Shown in pieces: positions 34,456 through 44,434 of a stretch of 64,000 bases of DNA (positions within the stretch are counted from its first letter, which is position 1; each line of letters begins with the position of its first letter). Below the pieces are notes generated by a model, which had not been told where the DNA came from, made no database searches, and worked only from the letters and a program-made list of their open reading frames with translations. The stretch spans positions 124,001-188,000 of IMG/VR virus record IMGVR_UViG_3300032053_000002. One strand, given 5' to 3'. The position numbers and the translations under genes are program-made.

Positions 34456-34834
34456 CCGATGCGTGGTTTATTTTTATATCTTTAAATCCTTCACCGTATT
34501 CTTCAACAATTTCATTTTTTATTGCAACTCTTTTCTTATTCAGGTCGCGAATTTTTATTGCGCGTCTTCCTACTTCTTCAAGACCGAGTTCACCCTCTCT
34601 ACCCTTTCGTATGTCAGATTCAAGATCCCAGATTTCCGCATTTATATTGTATAATCGTTCGGCATATGAAAAAATATCATTAACTTCTTTTCCATTGTCG
34701 CGAGTTTTCCAAAATTCGGTTATTTCATCAATATACATCTGAATTTCTTTTAACATATCAGCACCCGTTCTCTCTCGTTTGAGAACGCAAATAGAATATC
34801 TATCCGCTATTTCTGAAATAGGCATTGGTATCAT
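34445..34834 (-). CDS. Small all-helical protein (DUF6165-like)
   Basis: ISEIADRYSI..LK...INAEIWDLE.DIR...LNKKR..IKN.I. Confidence 0.6.
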   Translation of the reverse strand: MIPMPISEIADRYSICVLKRERTGADMLKEIQMYIDEITEFWKTRDNGKEVNDIFSYAERLYNINAEIWDLESDIRKGREGELGLEEVGRRAIKIRDLNKKRVAIKNEIVEEYGEGFKDIKINHASDGE

Positions 34835-35859
34835 TTTATTACTCCTTGTACTTTCTCAAAATAATTTTCCCACGTATGAAATTTGAAATTCGGATTATCT
34901 AAATTATTCAGATTTGCTTTTGACATATCTACCAGCATCGACCACCACAATCCCTTATCAGTTGATCCGCAAAATCCCATTTCATTATTTTCGCCTTTAA
35001 TGTATAGCCGTTTTTTTGAACGGCGACGATTATGTACGCGCAAAATATTTTTTATGATGTATTGAGTATAGTTTTTTCCAAGTATTTTTTTCGCCGACCA
35101 TCCAAAACTAGTGTCTTCTCCGCTACATAATAATGCGTGCGGAATATTTACTCCGCACTTAACCATTTCGGAACTAATAACCAAACACGACCCATCAAAT
35201 TTTGGTTCATCCGTTATTCTAATATCATACTTTACGGACTTTTTATTTATTTCATTCATTTGTTCGATTGACATATAACATTTTTCACTGGCGATATTTT
35301 TTAGCGTCCACTCGTCATTATCCTGGAATTGTTCATTTTCAAATTCAGGGTGTTCCAACAATTTCCAATCCGTTCCCCACATTTTACGATAGGCGAAAAC
35401 AATCGTATACCGGCGATTTTCATTGTTTTTTTCAATGTGTTCAGAAATGCTTTCTATTATATGAAATGTTTCTTGTGGAAAAAAACTATCCGTTTCCAAC
35501 CACAATAAAAAATCCACCATTTCGCAATATTTATGATTAAAATCTCTTCGATACTGAGCAATATTATATGGGAACTTTTCGTTTTCGTCATATAAAATTT
35601 TATCATTAACAGTTAATCCAACACTTGTTAATCTGTTTTTTTGCGTATTATATTTTTCTATTATCTTTTCTCTAGTAATTTTATTAATATCTATGGTTTC
35701 AAAAAATTGCGTTGTATTGAAACAAAAATCTATAATAATATTCTCCTTATTTTCTATATCTTTAATCATATTTAATATACCATCAACAAATTCTATAAAC
35801 ATCTCTACTTCGTAAAATTGAATCAAACATCCCAATCCATATTTGTTTTTAAGGATCAT
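34831..35859 (-). CDS. Putative glycosyltransferase-like protein
   Basis: LLWLETDSFF, GEDT; island context. Confidence 0.4.
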   Translation of the reverse strand: MILKNKYGLGCLIQFYEVEMFIEFVDGILNMIKDIENKENIIIDFCFNTTQFFETIDINKITREKIIEKYNTQKNRLTSVGLTVNDKILYDENEKFPYNIAQYRRDFNHKYCEMVDFLLWLETDSFFPQETFHIIESISEHIEKNNENRRYTIVFAYRKMWGTDWKLLEHPEFENEQFQDNDEWTLKNIASEKCYMSIEQMNEINKKSVKYDIRITDEPKFDGSCLVISSEMVKCGVNIPHALLCSGEDTSFGWSAKKILGKNYTQYIIKNILRVHNRRRSKKRLYIKGENNEMGFCGSTDKGLWWSMLVDMSKANLNNLDNPNFKFHTWENYFEKVQGVIK

Positions 35860-35860
35860 T

Positions 35861-36628
35861 TTATTTTCCCCATATTTCTATAAATTCACATTTTAAATAA
35901 TTAATAATTTCTTGTTTTCTTTTTTTATCTTTTTCAATTTGAAATCGGTGACGCTTTTCATAATATTCAAACCAAGTATTAGTTGATTTACTATATCCGT
36001 CGGCCCAATATCCTAAATCTTTAATATAAAACTCGCCCCCGTTTTCGGCGTGTTGCAAATCTGTAATATTGAGTTTTTCCGCGTTTGATTCTAGAATCGG
36101 AATGGCTCTTGGATTATAATTTGGTTTTATTTGCCCTTTATTTTTTTCTATTCTTTTAATAGCAGACAATCTCATTTTTTTCTTTGTTTCTTTTGATAGT
36201 TTTTTTCCTGAATTGGCTTTATTCCCAATAGTTGCGTTACCTATTTTTCTTTTCGTCTCTTCCGTATGTAAATGCCAAGAATTTACTCTTATTTTTTCTT
36301 TTGATTCTTCGGAATGTTTTCTACCACCAAATCCCGCCGGTTTAACTCTCTTTATAGATTCGCTAATCTTTCTTCTATGTTCTGATGAAAGTTGCTTGCC
36401 GAAAAAAGGATTTCCTTCTCCGGTTTTTGATTTACTCATATTTAACTTCGCATTCTCAGAAAGGTGTCTTCCTGAGAATGTACAGGAAAGACATTTATAA
36501 TTTCTAATTTCTGCAAAATTTCTGTTTTTTTGTGATTTATAGAATATTTTTTTCTCACACTTAGGGCACTTTCTGCTCCATTTTTTTTCTTTTATTTTCC
36601 CAATATCGCTTTTTGTTTCGTTCATCAA
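35861..36628 (-). mobile_element. Free-standing homing endonuclease-like gene (NUMOD3 repeats plus C-terminal nuclease)
   Basis: CPKC..CLSC; GNPFFGKQLSSEHRRKIS, GRKHSEESKEKI, HTEETKRKI, GKKLSKETKKKM; YWADGY...FEYYE..H. Confidence 0.8.
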
Positions 36629-36722
36629 TTTTCTCCTTATTTTTCCAATAAAATCTGCGAGATTTTTGACGGTTTGCTTCCATCAGCTCTTCTTTTGTTT
36701 TATATTTTTTTAGTCGTCCCAT
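36561..36722 (-). CDS. Small very basic protein overlapping the endonuclease start (53 aa, not in ORF track)
   Basis: Manual translation MGRLKKYKTKEELMEANRQKSRRFYWKNKEKIDERNKKRYWENKRKKMEQKVP. Confidence 0.55.
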   Translation of the reverse strand: MGRLKKYKTKEELMEANRQKSRRFYWKNKEKIDERNKKRYWENKRKKMEQKVP

Positions 36723-36801
36723 TTAAAATCTCTTTTAATATAAATATCGGAAAAATAAAAAAGTTAGAAAAAAAGTTAGATTATTTTCTATTATTTCTTT
36801 T

Positions 36802-37614
36802 TTAAACATATTTGTCTTTAACCATTTCCCACGTTTCTTTCATCAATCTATTTCTTGTTTCTCCTCTGTCAGAATATCCTGAAAAAATCCAGCAATAACA
36901 ATATTTGATAAAAAATGGCGTGGTATCTTCTTTAAGTTGCCAGTTGTGTGAAAATAATTCGTGGCGATATAAATGGCTAGCCCCATACACTATCGGAAGA
37001 TAGTTTACGTCTATGTTTTTTATTTGCAATAAATAATTTATTACTGGTTGGTCTCGTCCCCTTTTTACTTTAACATCTTCCAATTCTATAATTTTATCTG
37101 TATTCTGCAAATAAAAATCTTTTAACTCCCTGAAAAATTGTTCGTGGTATTGTTTATTAAAAACTATAAATCCAGACGCGATATACTTATCAATATCAAA
37201 ATTGAAATTATTAAAAAACTCTTTATATCCCATCGCGCTCTCATACGTCCATTTCAAGTTTTCATCAGAACGAAATGCGCATAATCTTCTTTTATCGAGT
37301 TCAAAATAATTTGGAGCGTCCCATCTCACCATTGTACTGGCATCAACTGATAATATGTTGTCATAGTCGCCAGGAACAATATCAGATATGTCGAGCCATC
37401 GAGCCCAATTTATTTTAGTTTTTAGCATATCTATATTTTTATCCAGCGGCTTCTCGTATGGAATAAACGTAACCCCATTTTTATTGCACCAGTATTCCCA
37501 CGTTTTCCGAGAATAATCCATCCACGAGAAATCTCCATACCCGTATTTTTCACTAACTCTCGGATCATCTGATTTTACGCCCGTCCAGAATACAAAATTT
37601 TTCATTTTATACAC
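36802..37614 (-). CDS. GT-A glycosyltransferase (GT8/GT34-like)
   Basis: WEYWCNKN, ILSVDAS, SGFIVFNK, DQPVINYLL. Confidence 0.7.
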   Translation of the reverse strand: MYKMKNFVFWTGVKSDDPRVSEKYGYGDFSWMDYSRKTWEYWCNKNGVTFIPYEKPLDKNIDMLKTKINWARWLDISDIVPGDYDNILSVDASTMVRWDAPNYFELDKRRLCAFRSDENLKWTYESAMGYKEFFNNFNFDIDKYIASGFIVFNKQYHEQFFRELKDFYLQNTDKIIELEDVKVKRGRDQPVINYLLQIKNIDVNYLPIVYGASHLYRHELFSHNWQLKEDTTPFFIKYCYCWIFSGYSDRGETRNRLMKETWEMVKDKYV

Positions 37615-38057
37615 TCCTCAACCCATTTTTTAGTTTCTTCAGCAATAGTTATTTTATTTTTATTTTTTTCATACCACTCTTTTATATCCACGAATCCGTT
37701 TATTGCTCTTCCCGCGCCAATCCAGTCGCATAACATTTCAACGCGATATTTTATAGACATCTCCATAACTTTTTCTTTTCCTTCGTCCTCTCTTAAAATC
37801 CACCATTGCCAGTGGTGTTTATTTCTTCTTTGATGGAGTAACCACGCAAAATCAAACTTCTTTTTATTTTCATCATTTTTTTCGCCAAAGAAATAGTTCG
37901 TGTAAGGAATAAATTCCGATGGAAGCAACTTTGACCAGTCGTGAATGATCCCCAGCAAATACTGTTTTCTTTTAAAGCACTCAATTGCCACAAACCATTT
38001 ATGGCGAAGAATATAATTAAAAGTTTTTAAATATTTATTCATTTTTATTTTTTCCAT
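37602..38057 (-). CDS. HD-domain-like protein (DUF5662-like)
   Basis: HKWFV, IIHDWSK, H...NKHHW, EMLCDW.GA. Confidence 0.65.
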   Translation of the reverse strand: MEKIKMNKYLKTFNYILRHKWFVAIECFKRKQYLLGIIHDWSKLLPSEFIPYTNYFFGEKNDENKKKFDFAWLLHQRRNKHHWQWWILREDEGKEKVMEMSIKYRVEMLCDWIGAGRAINGFVDIKEWYEKNKNKITIAEETKKWVEECIK

Positions 38058-38310
38058 ATAATAGTTTTTTAAAAAAGTCTTCTACGTCTATCGCGAAATA
38101 TGTACCGACAAAAAGACCAAACAACCACGGAAATATTGGCCAAGAATTTATAATTATTCCTTTGATTATGACGGCTGCAAATATTCCGGTAGCGACTGAA
38201 TAGAATGCGCCCTGTAATTTTTTTCCTTCGGCAACTTTTCTGATATACAATGCCCAAACTATGTCCGTGAATACTCCCGTCAAAAATAATATTAGTGCAT
38301 AAAGTATCAT
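38035..38310 (-). CDS. Small 3-TM membrane protein
   Basis: Three hydrophobic segments. Confidence 0.65.
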   Translation of the reverse strand: MILYALILFLTGVFTDIVWALYIRKVAEGKKLQGAFYSVATGIFAAVIIKGIIINSWPIFPWLFGLFVGTYFAIDVEDFFKKLLYGKNKNE

Positions 38311-39668
38311 TTTAATTCACCCCAAAAGTATCCGTAAGTTTTTTTCATCCAATAATTCGTCGCTTGGTTGTTTTCATTGTTTGGTATGGCATTAAACTGA
38401 TATATCCAACCGCATTTAGTAAAGAGTAAATCTTCGGTCAAAATTTCTTTTCTATTCATATCTACCATATTGTACGAGTACGGGAGTTGAATGCGCGGAA
38501 TATTATTCATTTGCAGCAAAAAATTAACTGGAGTCTGGTCGGTTCCTCCGTGAAACTTTTCCATTTCTTTTAGTGCGTTTTTACTACTCAAATAAAATTG
38601 AAGTATATTATCATAAAATTTTTTATGCATTTTATTTACGATAAAAAATCCTGCATCCATATATTCCCAATAGTTTATCATACTACCACCAAAAATAAAC
38701 TTGGAATAGTTTTCTATGCTTCTCAAAACCCAATCCCAACTTCCCGCAAAATGCGCTCCCGCGAAATCATATTTAGTCATATCAAAAAAATTGGGCGTAT
38801 CTGGGTGAACTATTGTGTCAGCATCAACCATTAAAATTTGATTATATTTTACGCCATTTCCTACCAAAATTTGAAACATATAATATCTTTGCCAACAGAT
38901 GCCCATTTCCTCGATTGGCATCAGCAAATCTTCTAGCAAAATCACATCCGAGTTATTTTTCTCCGCCCATTTTTGCCAACTGGCGATAGAATATTTGTAC
39001 GGTTCGCTACGGCTACTTGACCATCTTCCGTCACCAGATAGTTTTATATTTAGCATAAAGATTATATCTTTTTTTCTCTTCAATTTGAGAATAACCCCCT
39101 CCGGATCATCGGGACGAAACTCCGTTCCTTTTGCAGAAATTAAATCTTTTCCTAACTCTCCTATGTAGTGAATCGACTCCACCGCTCCAGATTCAACTAA
39201 CTCGCTTACAACCTGTTTTACTCCGACATTTGGATGCGCATAATCATCAAAAATAATATATGGGTCATTCAAATTATCAGTAAATCTTTCGACATCATAT
39301 TTTATGGAACTATAATCGTGCCCCGCATCAATCCAGATTATGCGAACATCGCTCGGGCATTCAAACGTTTTAGAATATACATCGTCTACATAAAATTCCG
39401 TATTAGCGCGATTTTTATTAACTTCTTTTGCAATAGAAATTGCGTTTGGATCTTTGTCCACCGCGAAAACCTTTTTAAACAAATGACTTAATATAAAAGT
39501 TGAATAGCCATTACTACACCCCAATTCAAGCACTTTTAAACCCCGGCTGCCAATTTCTTCTTTGGAAAAATATTCGATAAGGTCTTTCTTGAATTTCCGA
39601 CTAGTCGTATTTTTATCAGTATTTTTATTATGGGGAACCTGGTTTAGCAATTCTTCATAATTTATCAT
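38307..39668 (-). CDS. SAM methyltransferase - GT-A glycosyltransferase fusion
   Basis: N-term VLELGCSNG, WIDAGHDY; C-term ILMVDADT, DQTPVNFLL (similar to 36802-37614). Confidence 0.8.
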   Translation of the reverse strand: MINYEELLNQVPHNKNTDKNTTSRKFKKDLIEYFSKEEIGSRGLKVLELGCSNGYSTFILSHLFKKVFAVDKDPNAISIAKEVNKNRANTEFYVDDVYSKTFECPSDVRIIWIDAGHDYSSIKYDVERFTDNLNDPYIIFDDYAHPNVGVKQVVSELVESGAVESIHYIGELGKDLISAKGTEFRPDDPEGVILKLKRKKDIIFMLNIKLSGDGRWSSSRSEPYKYSIASWQKWAEKNNSDVILLEDLLMPIEEMGICWQRYYMFQILVGNGVKYNQILMVDADTIVHPDTPNFFDMTKYDFAGAHFAGSWDWVLRSIENYSKFIFGGSMINYWEYMDAGFFIVNKMHKKFYDNILQFYLSSKNALKEMEKFHGGTDQTPVNFLLQMNNIPRIQLPYSYNMVDMNRKEILTEDLLFTKCGWIYQFNAIPNNENNQATNYWMKKTYGYFWGELK

Positions 39669-40423
39669 AGCAACTCCTCAGGAAAAGATACCATTTCGGC
39701 TTTCATAGACTCTTTGATTTCTTTATTTTTTTCGGGTATCAGAGATAAAAAATTGTAATAGTTGTTATATCCTGTTTCTGTCCAGGAATACGGGTGACAT
39801 AACAACTGTAATTTATTTATTTTAGATAAATCTTCTTTTAATGGGTGCCCATATTTCCACGAATGATTGCTATCAGAAAAATAATAAACATCTAAATCGA
39901 TAGGTCTTTCGCCTTCGAAATAACGAAAAAATGGTTTATCAAAAAGATTTATCAATTTATTTACTTCAATACGACTTTTTAATAAATCGGGCGTGGGACG
40001 ATGAAATACGAATCGATCAATAGAAATGTTCAAAAAATGCCCGAGAGTCCACGCATCTTGATAAATAAAACCTCTCAAAAGCTCAGGAATAACGATATGG
40101 TTTTTCCAATAATCTATATGAACATGCGCACCTAGGTGGTGCCCTAAATCGTAGATTTTTCTCGCCAATTCTATATTTTTATCTGATAGTGCGTTATAAT
40201 TATTATTTCGCAATTGTATATTATAAGTCGACTGCACTCCCATTTCTTTTTCAACTTTCGCAAGTTTGTATGCACGTTTCATTGAAAATTCTATGTCGTG
40301 GCGAATAACACAATACTTGTCTAAATTTTTATCAATAACGTCTTTATAGTCAACGATCGGCAAATATTTTCTGATCGTGTCCATTATAATTGCGTATTCT
40401 TTGTAACTAAATTGTTCTACCAT
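39665..40423 (-). CDS. Polysaccharide deacetylase-like (NodB-fold) protein
   Basis: IRHDIE, GAHVH, FHRP, LLCHP..W. Confidence 0.65.
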   Translation of the reverse strand: MVEQFSYKEYAIIMDTIRKYLPIVDYKDVIDKNLDKYCVIRHDIEFSMKRAYKLAKVEKEMGVQSTYNIQLRNNNYNALSDKNIELARKIYDLGHHLGAHVHIDYWKNHIVIPELLRGFIYQDAWTLGHFLNISIDRFVFHRPTPDLLKSRIEVNKLINLFDKPFFRYFEGERPIDLDVYYFSDSNHSWKYGHPLKEDLSKINKLQLLCHPYSWTETGYNNYYNFLSLIPEKNKEIKESMKAEMVSFPEELL

Positions 40424-40533
40424 TTTTTAAGTCTCCTAATTATCAAATAAATTTTTTAATAGTTATATTTTTTCAGTATCTTTATGTGGAGTTTCATCTA
40501 ATATTTTTTTATTTAGTCGCGAAAACTCTTCCA

Positions 40534-41319
40534 TTATATTCCCCTTTCTATGTCGCGAATTCGCGAGAATGGGTTTTTCCAATGAAATAAATAATCATAT
40601 ACATTAAACGGGCATCCCGTTTTATCAAGTAAACTCCCAAATCTAAGTCCTTGCGCTTCTAGAACACGTTTTGTTCCATCAAACGCGATACAATCATCCC
40701 ATCTATCAAATTCGAAAACTGCATGAGTTAAATAAGATTTTAAAAAACCGTCAATAAAATATTTTCCTCGTTCCCCCAAATTGAAAATCATAATATCCGT
40801 CTCGGTATAAAGACCAAACAATTTTCTATCTATATGGCAAACATCGAATTTTTGTACCCACGCTAAAAATTCATCATCGATAGGCTTTTTCCAAAAAACA
40901 TCTGCGCCTACCCAAATTAAAAAAGGTGTTTTTACCATATTAATAACACTATGCAATGCGACTACTTTTCTAAACCAAAATATTGCGTTTCTTTTCCAAT
41001 AATGAGGTGGATCAAAAGTGGATGGGGTTCCGAATGTATGGCAATATTTAAAAGGGCTATTAGATAAAAAATCGGGCAGCCACGGATTCAACTCAAATAA
41101 ATCGTATACGTGAAGCTTATCCCAATTTTCCTTAATTATTACCTCTTCCCTCCCTCGTTCTTTTTCAAATTTATTTTCATGAAATACAAAAAAATCCATA
41201 TCAGGATAAGTATCTAACATACTTTTTACTATCATACAATATTCATTTTCGTATAATCGTTTATTAAAAGTTGTTCCGACAGTAAAAAGTTCTTCTATGG
41301 AAAGTTCTTCCGTAATCAT
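40534..41319 (-). CDS. Putative GT-A glycosyltransferase-like protein
   Basis: RKVVAL, LIWVGADVF, WDDC..FD. Confidence 0.5.
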   Translation of the reverse strand: MITEELSIEELFTVGTTFNKRLYENEYCMIVKSMLDTYPDMDFFVFHENKFEKERGREEVIIKENWDKLHVYDLFELNPWLPDFLSNSPFKYCHTFGTPSTFDPPHYWKRNAIFWFRKVVALHSVINMVKTPFLIWVGADVFWKKPIDDEFLAWVQKFDVCHIDRKLFGLYTETDIMIFNLGERGKYFIDGFLKSYLTHAVFEFDRWDDCIAFDGTKRVLEAQGLRFGSLLDKTGCPFNVYDYLFHWKNPFSRIRDIERGI

Positions 41320-41343
41320 CTCGAATTTTCCTCCTTATTATTT

Positions 41344-42261
41344 TTATCCCATGCCTAAATTGTAAAAGTTTTCAAAATACCATTCATACGTTTTTCTCAA
41401 CCCGTTTTCCAACGAAGTAAACGAATATTCATATCCTAACAAACTATTTAATTCGCCGTTATCTCCATCTTTTCTATATTGCCCATCAAGTTTCCCATTG
41501 AATTTTATATGTAGATGTTTACCGCTAATTTTTAATACCATGTCAATATATTCTTTAATACTGATATTTTCTTTTGGCGCAACTATTATCGGAATATCAT
41601 TGTGATGTTTTTCCAACAGAATAGGAATAATATTAGCCAAATCGTCTACATATAATTCTTGTCTTAATGGATTTCCAGTACCAAAAAATTCTATCGTGTC
41701 CCCATTACGTGCATGCACAACTTTTCTAATAAGAACGGATGTAAAATGCGAGGTTTCCAGATCAAAATTGCTTCCCGGCCCATATAAATTTGACGGTACG
41801 AAAGTACAATAATCCATGCCATATTGTTTTCTACACGCATTAATGTGAACGATCAGCATTCTCTTCGCATATCCATAGCCTAAATTTGTTTCAGCTGGAG
41901 CCCCTTCATGCAAATCTCTTTCAGCCATTGGATATTTTGGAAGAACATCTGGAAAAGAACAAACACTAGACGCCGCAATAAGTCTTTTAATTTTCATTTC
42001 AAGCGCGGCTTTAACAACATTAGTATTGATCATAATGTTCTCATAATAAAACGTTTCTGGAAAACTACTATTTGCTTTAATCCCCCCAACGCGTGCGGCT
42101 AAATGAATAATTGCGTCCGGATTATAATATTCTACCATATCACGTGTGTCTTTAAAATCAATAAGATTGTTGTGTTCGTTTCCAACGTATATCCATTCGG
42201 GTTTAACCTTACGTAACGCACTTCCTACAAATCCAGTACCACCGGTGACTAATATTTTCAT
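41344..42261 (-). CDS. fcl: GDP-L-fucose synthase / ColC-type epimerase-reductase
   Basis: HLAARVGGIKAN, YGYAKR, PSNLYGP..NF, G.G.PLRQ.LYVDD. Confidence 0.85.
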   Translation of the reverse strand: MKILVTGGTGFVGSALRKVKPEWIYVGNEHNNLIDFKDTRDMVEYYNPDAIIHLAARVGGIKANSSFPETFYYENIMINTNVVKAALEMKIKRLIAASSVCSFPDVLPKYPMAERDLHEGAPAETNLGYGYAKRMLIVHINACRKQYGMDYCTFVPSNLYGPGSNFDLETSHFTSVLIRKVVHARNGDTIEFFGTGNPLRQELYVDDLANIIPILLEKHHNDIPIIVAPKENISIKEYIDMVLKISGKHLHIKFNGKLDGQYRKDGDNGELNSLLGYEYSFTSLENGLRKTYEWYFENFYNLGMG

Positions 42262-42265
42262 AATA

Positions 42266-42688
42266 TCACTCCCAACTTATTTCCCAATCTTTAAATTCTG
42301 CGGCTATACAATCTATTTTATAATCTTTTCTACCGCCAATTATATTTTGTATTTTATTTTTCGCCGTGTTTCTGATACCATTCAGACCATGAGTTAATCC
42401 AAGATTTCCGTTTCCGGTACCCGCACGATATTCGGTTTCGTTATGCCAGATATGCAAGTTCATCTGCGACAAAACAACAATAGCACGAATGACATCTGCA
42501 TTCATATCCGGATCATTTTCTGCTAATATCAAATCTATATCATGCATTATATCCTTGATCTCTTGAGCATATTCTTCTTTGTGTTCTGGAATAAAAACTT
42601 CTTTCAGTTGTATAATGGATAATCTATCTATCAATTCTGCAAATGTGGGAAGATAACGTCTTCCATTATTTTCTATGCCCATTTTCAT
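42266..42688 (-). CDS. Small all-helical protein (DUF6165-like)
   Basis: FAELIDRLSI.QLK...MNLHIWHNE...LNGIRN..KN.I. Confidence 0.6.
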   Translation of the reverse strand: MKMGIENNGRRYLPTFAELIDRLSIIQLKEVFIPEHKEEYAQEIKDIMHDIDLILAENDPDMNADVIRAIVVLSQMNLHIWHNETEYRAGTGNGNLGLTHGLNGIRNTAKNKIQNIIGGRKDYKIDCIAAEFKDWEISWE

Positions 42689-43433
42689 TTCTCCACTTTA
42701 TAAGTTTCTGAATGTCTTCTTCTATTCTCTGTTTACCTTCCCCGTGATCTAACCAGTACTTAGCAGGGACTTTTACTTTTGTAGAATATCCTCCAGCACC
42801 ATCGTCGGGTAATCCAAAAATTAATTTTTTCGCTCCACCATCATCATAATAATCCATTTCGCCTTTTCCTCTTTGTAAGTGGAGCATTTTCATATTAGCA
42901 TTTAATGGAAGAATACCCGCGCCAATTCCCACCAATTTTAAATAGCCATCCGTTGCTCTACTTCCACTAACCCTTCCAATGATTTCGTACCATTTTCTAT
43001 TTATTCCAACAAAAGTCGGAGTCCCCTTCCAAATTTCGTTTAGCGGAACGCTCGCAATCCAAAATGGCTGCCCTTTGACCGGAGCAACAGCGTTTCTAAG
43101 ATTGGTATCCCACCCCCCTTCTATACAAATTAGATCGTCGTTAAAAATAAATAAACATTCTCCGGTAAACAATTCTCCCGCCTTATTTTGGTATTGTTCT
43201 AATTCCCCGTACCCGTATCGTTTGTCCATAACAAAACAAAACAATTGCGCATCATTCGCATAACACATTGGCGAAATTTTAGTCAACGCGTCTTCGGTTT
43301 CCTTATCGTCGGGGTCTAATGCAAAAAAATACTCGATATTTTTATTATCATCCGCATTTTGAATAAATGACGAAAGAGAATATACCAATTCGTGCGAACG
43401 TTTTCTTGTTATCCACACCACACTAATTTTCAT
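42666..43433 (-). CDS. GT2-like glycosyltransferase
   Basis: ISVVWITRKR, ALDPDD, FIFNDD. Confidence 0.65.
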   Translation of the reverse strand: MKISVVWITRKRSHELVYSLSSFIQNADDNKNIEYFFALDPDDKETEDALTKISPMCYANDAQLFCFVMDKRYGYGELEQYQNKAGELFTGECLFIFNDDLICIEGGWDTNLRNAVAPVKGQPFWIASVPLNEIWKGTPTFVGINRKWYEIIGRVSGSRATDGYLKLVGIGAGILPLNANMKMLHLQRGKGEMDYYDDGGAKKLIFGLPDDGAGGYSTKVKVPAKYWLDHGEGKQRIEEDIQKLIKWRNENGHRK

Positions 43434-43434
43434 T

Positions 43435-44418
43435 TTATCTCCAATATTGATATAATCCTTTTTCTATTTCGTAGTTTTCCCATTTATATACTGGGCGATT
43501 TGGTTGTATTTTGGCCCACTCCCACATTTTTTCCAACCCCTCTTTCAATCCAATCTTATGTTCGAACCCGAGAAAATCAATAGATTTTTGATAAGTCGAA
43601 AACGCATTTTGAACTTCGTGACGACACTCAAGAAATTTCATTTCACCTTTACCGGCAACATCAATTAAAGTTTTAGCCGCATCAAGAATAGTAATTGACT
43701 CAAATCCTCCAAGATTTATAATTTCATCAGTCGATTTTTTGTCGATAGCATTCCACAAAGGTTCTAAAATATCGTCGACAAAAGTGAATGCTCGGCGTTG
43801 TTCACCGTTACCGTATATAGAAATCGGTTCATTATTTAAAATTTGTCTTACCCAAATTCCGAGAACATTCCGATATTTATCCCATATATTTTGGTTAATA
43901 CCATAAACATTATGAGGGCGAATAATCGTATACTCTAACCCATGTTGGGCGTACGCCACTTGTAAGTCTAATTCACACGCAAGTTTTGAAATGCCGTACG
44001 GGTCGATTGGTTTTGGAACATCACGCTCATCAAATGGCACTTCGCCGTGTCCATATACAGCTAAAGAAGATGTGAAAATAAACTTCTTAACGTTATATTT
44101 AATCGCCATATTGATCAATCGTACTGTCGCAATTAAATTTGTTTCATAATTAAAGTGCCGTATAAATGGCGACAATCCTTCGGCAGCATATGCGGCGAAA
44201 TGATATACATAATCAATTTTATGGTTTATAAAGATATTTTCAACATTGTCGTGAACCAGATTCATTTTTTGAAAATAAACACCCTGAGGAATATGTTCCA
44301 AATATCCGCCGCTTAAATCATCGATTCCGATAATCATAACATCTTTTTTATTTTCAAGAACCCAGTGACAAAATCGCGACCCGATCATTCCTGCGCATCC
44401 CGTTACTAAAATTATCAT
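43435..44418 (-). CDS. NAD-dependent sugar epimerase/dehydratase (GalE-like SDR)
   Basis: TGCAGMIG, HFAAYA, YGISK, RPHNVYG; start set at MIILV. Confidence 0.85.
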   Translation of the reverse strand: MIILVTGCAGMIGSRFCHWVLENKKDVMIIGIDDLSGGYLEHIPQGVYFQKMNLVHDNVENIFINHKIDYVYHFAAYAAEGLSPFIRHFNYETNLIATVRLINMAIKYNVKKFIFTSSLAVYGHGEVPFDERDVPKPIDPYGISKLACELDLQVAYAQHGLEYTIIRPHNVYGINQNIWDKYRNVLGIWVRQILNNEPISIYGNGEQRRAFTFVDDILEPLWNAIDKKSTDEIINLGGFESITILDAAKTLIDVAGKGEMKFLECRHEVQNAFSTYQKSIDFLGFEHKIGLKEGLEKMWEWAKIQPNRPVYKWENYEIEKGLYQYWR

Positions 44419-44434
44419 GTACTTCTCCTTAAAT

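Noticed and set aside
35861-36790. Group I intron housing the endonuclease
   Set aside because: Flanking genes have their own starts and stops, and no P/Q/R/S core elements were seen
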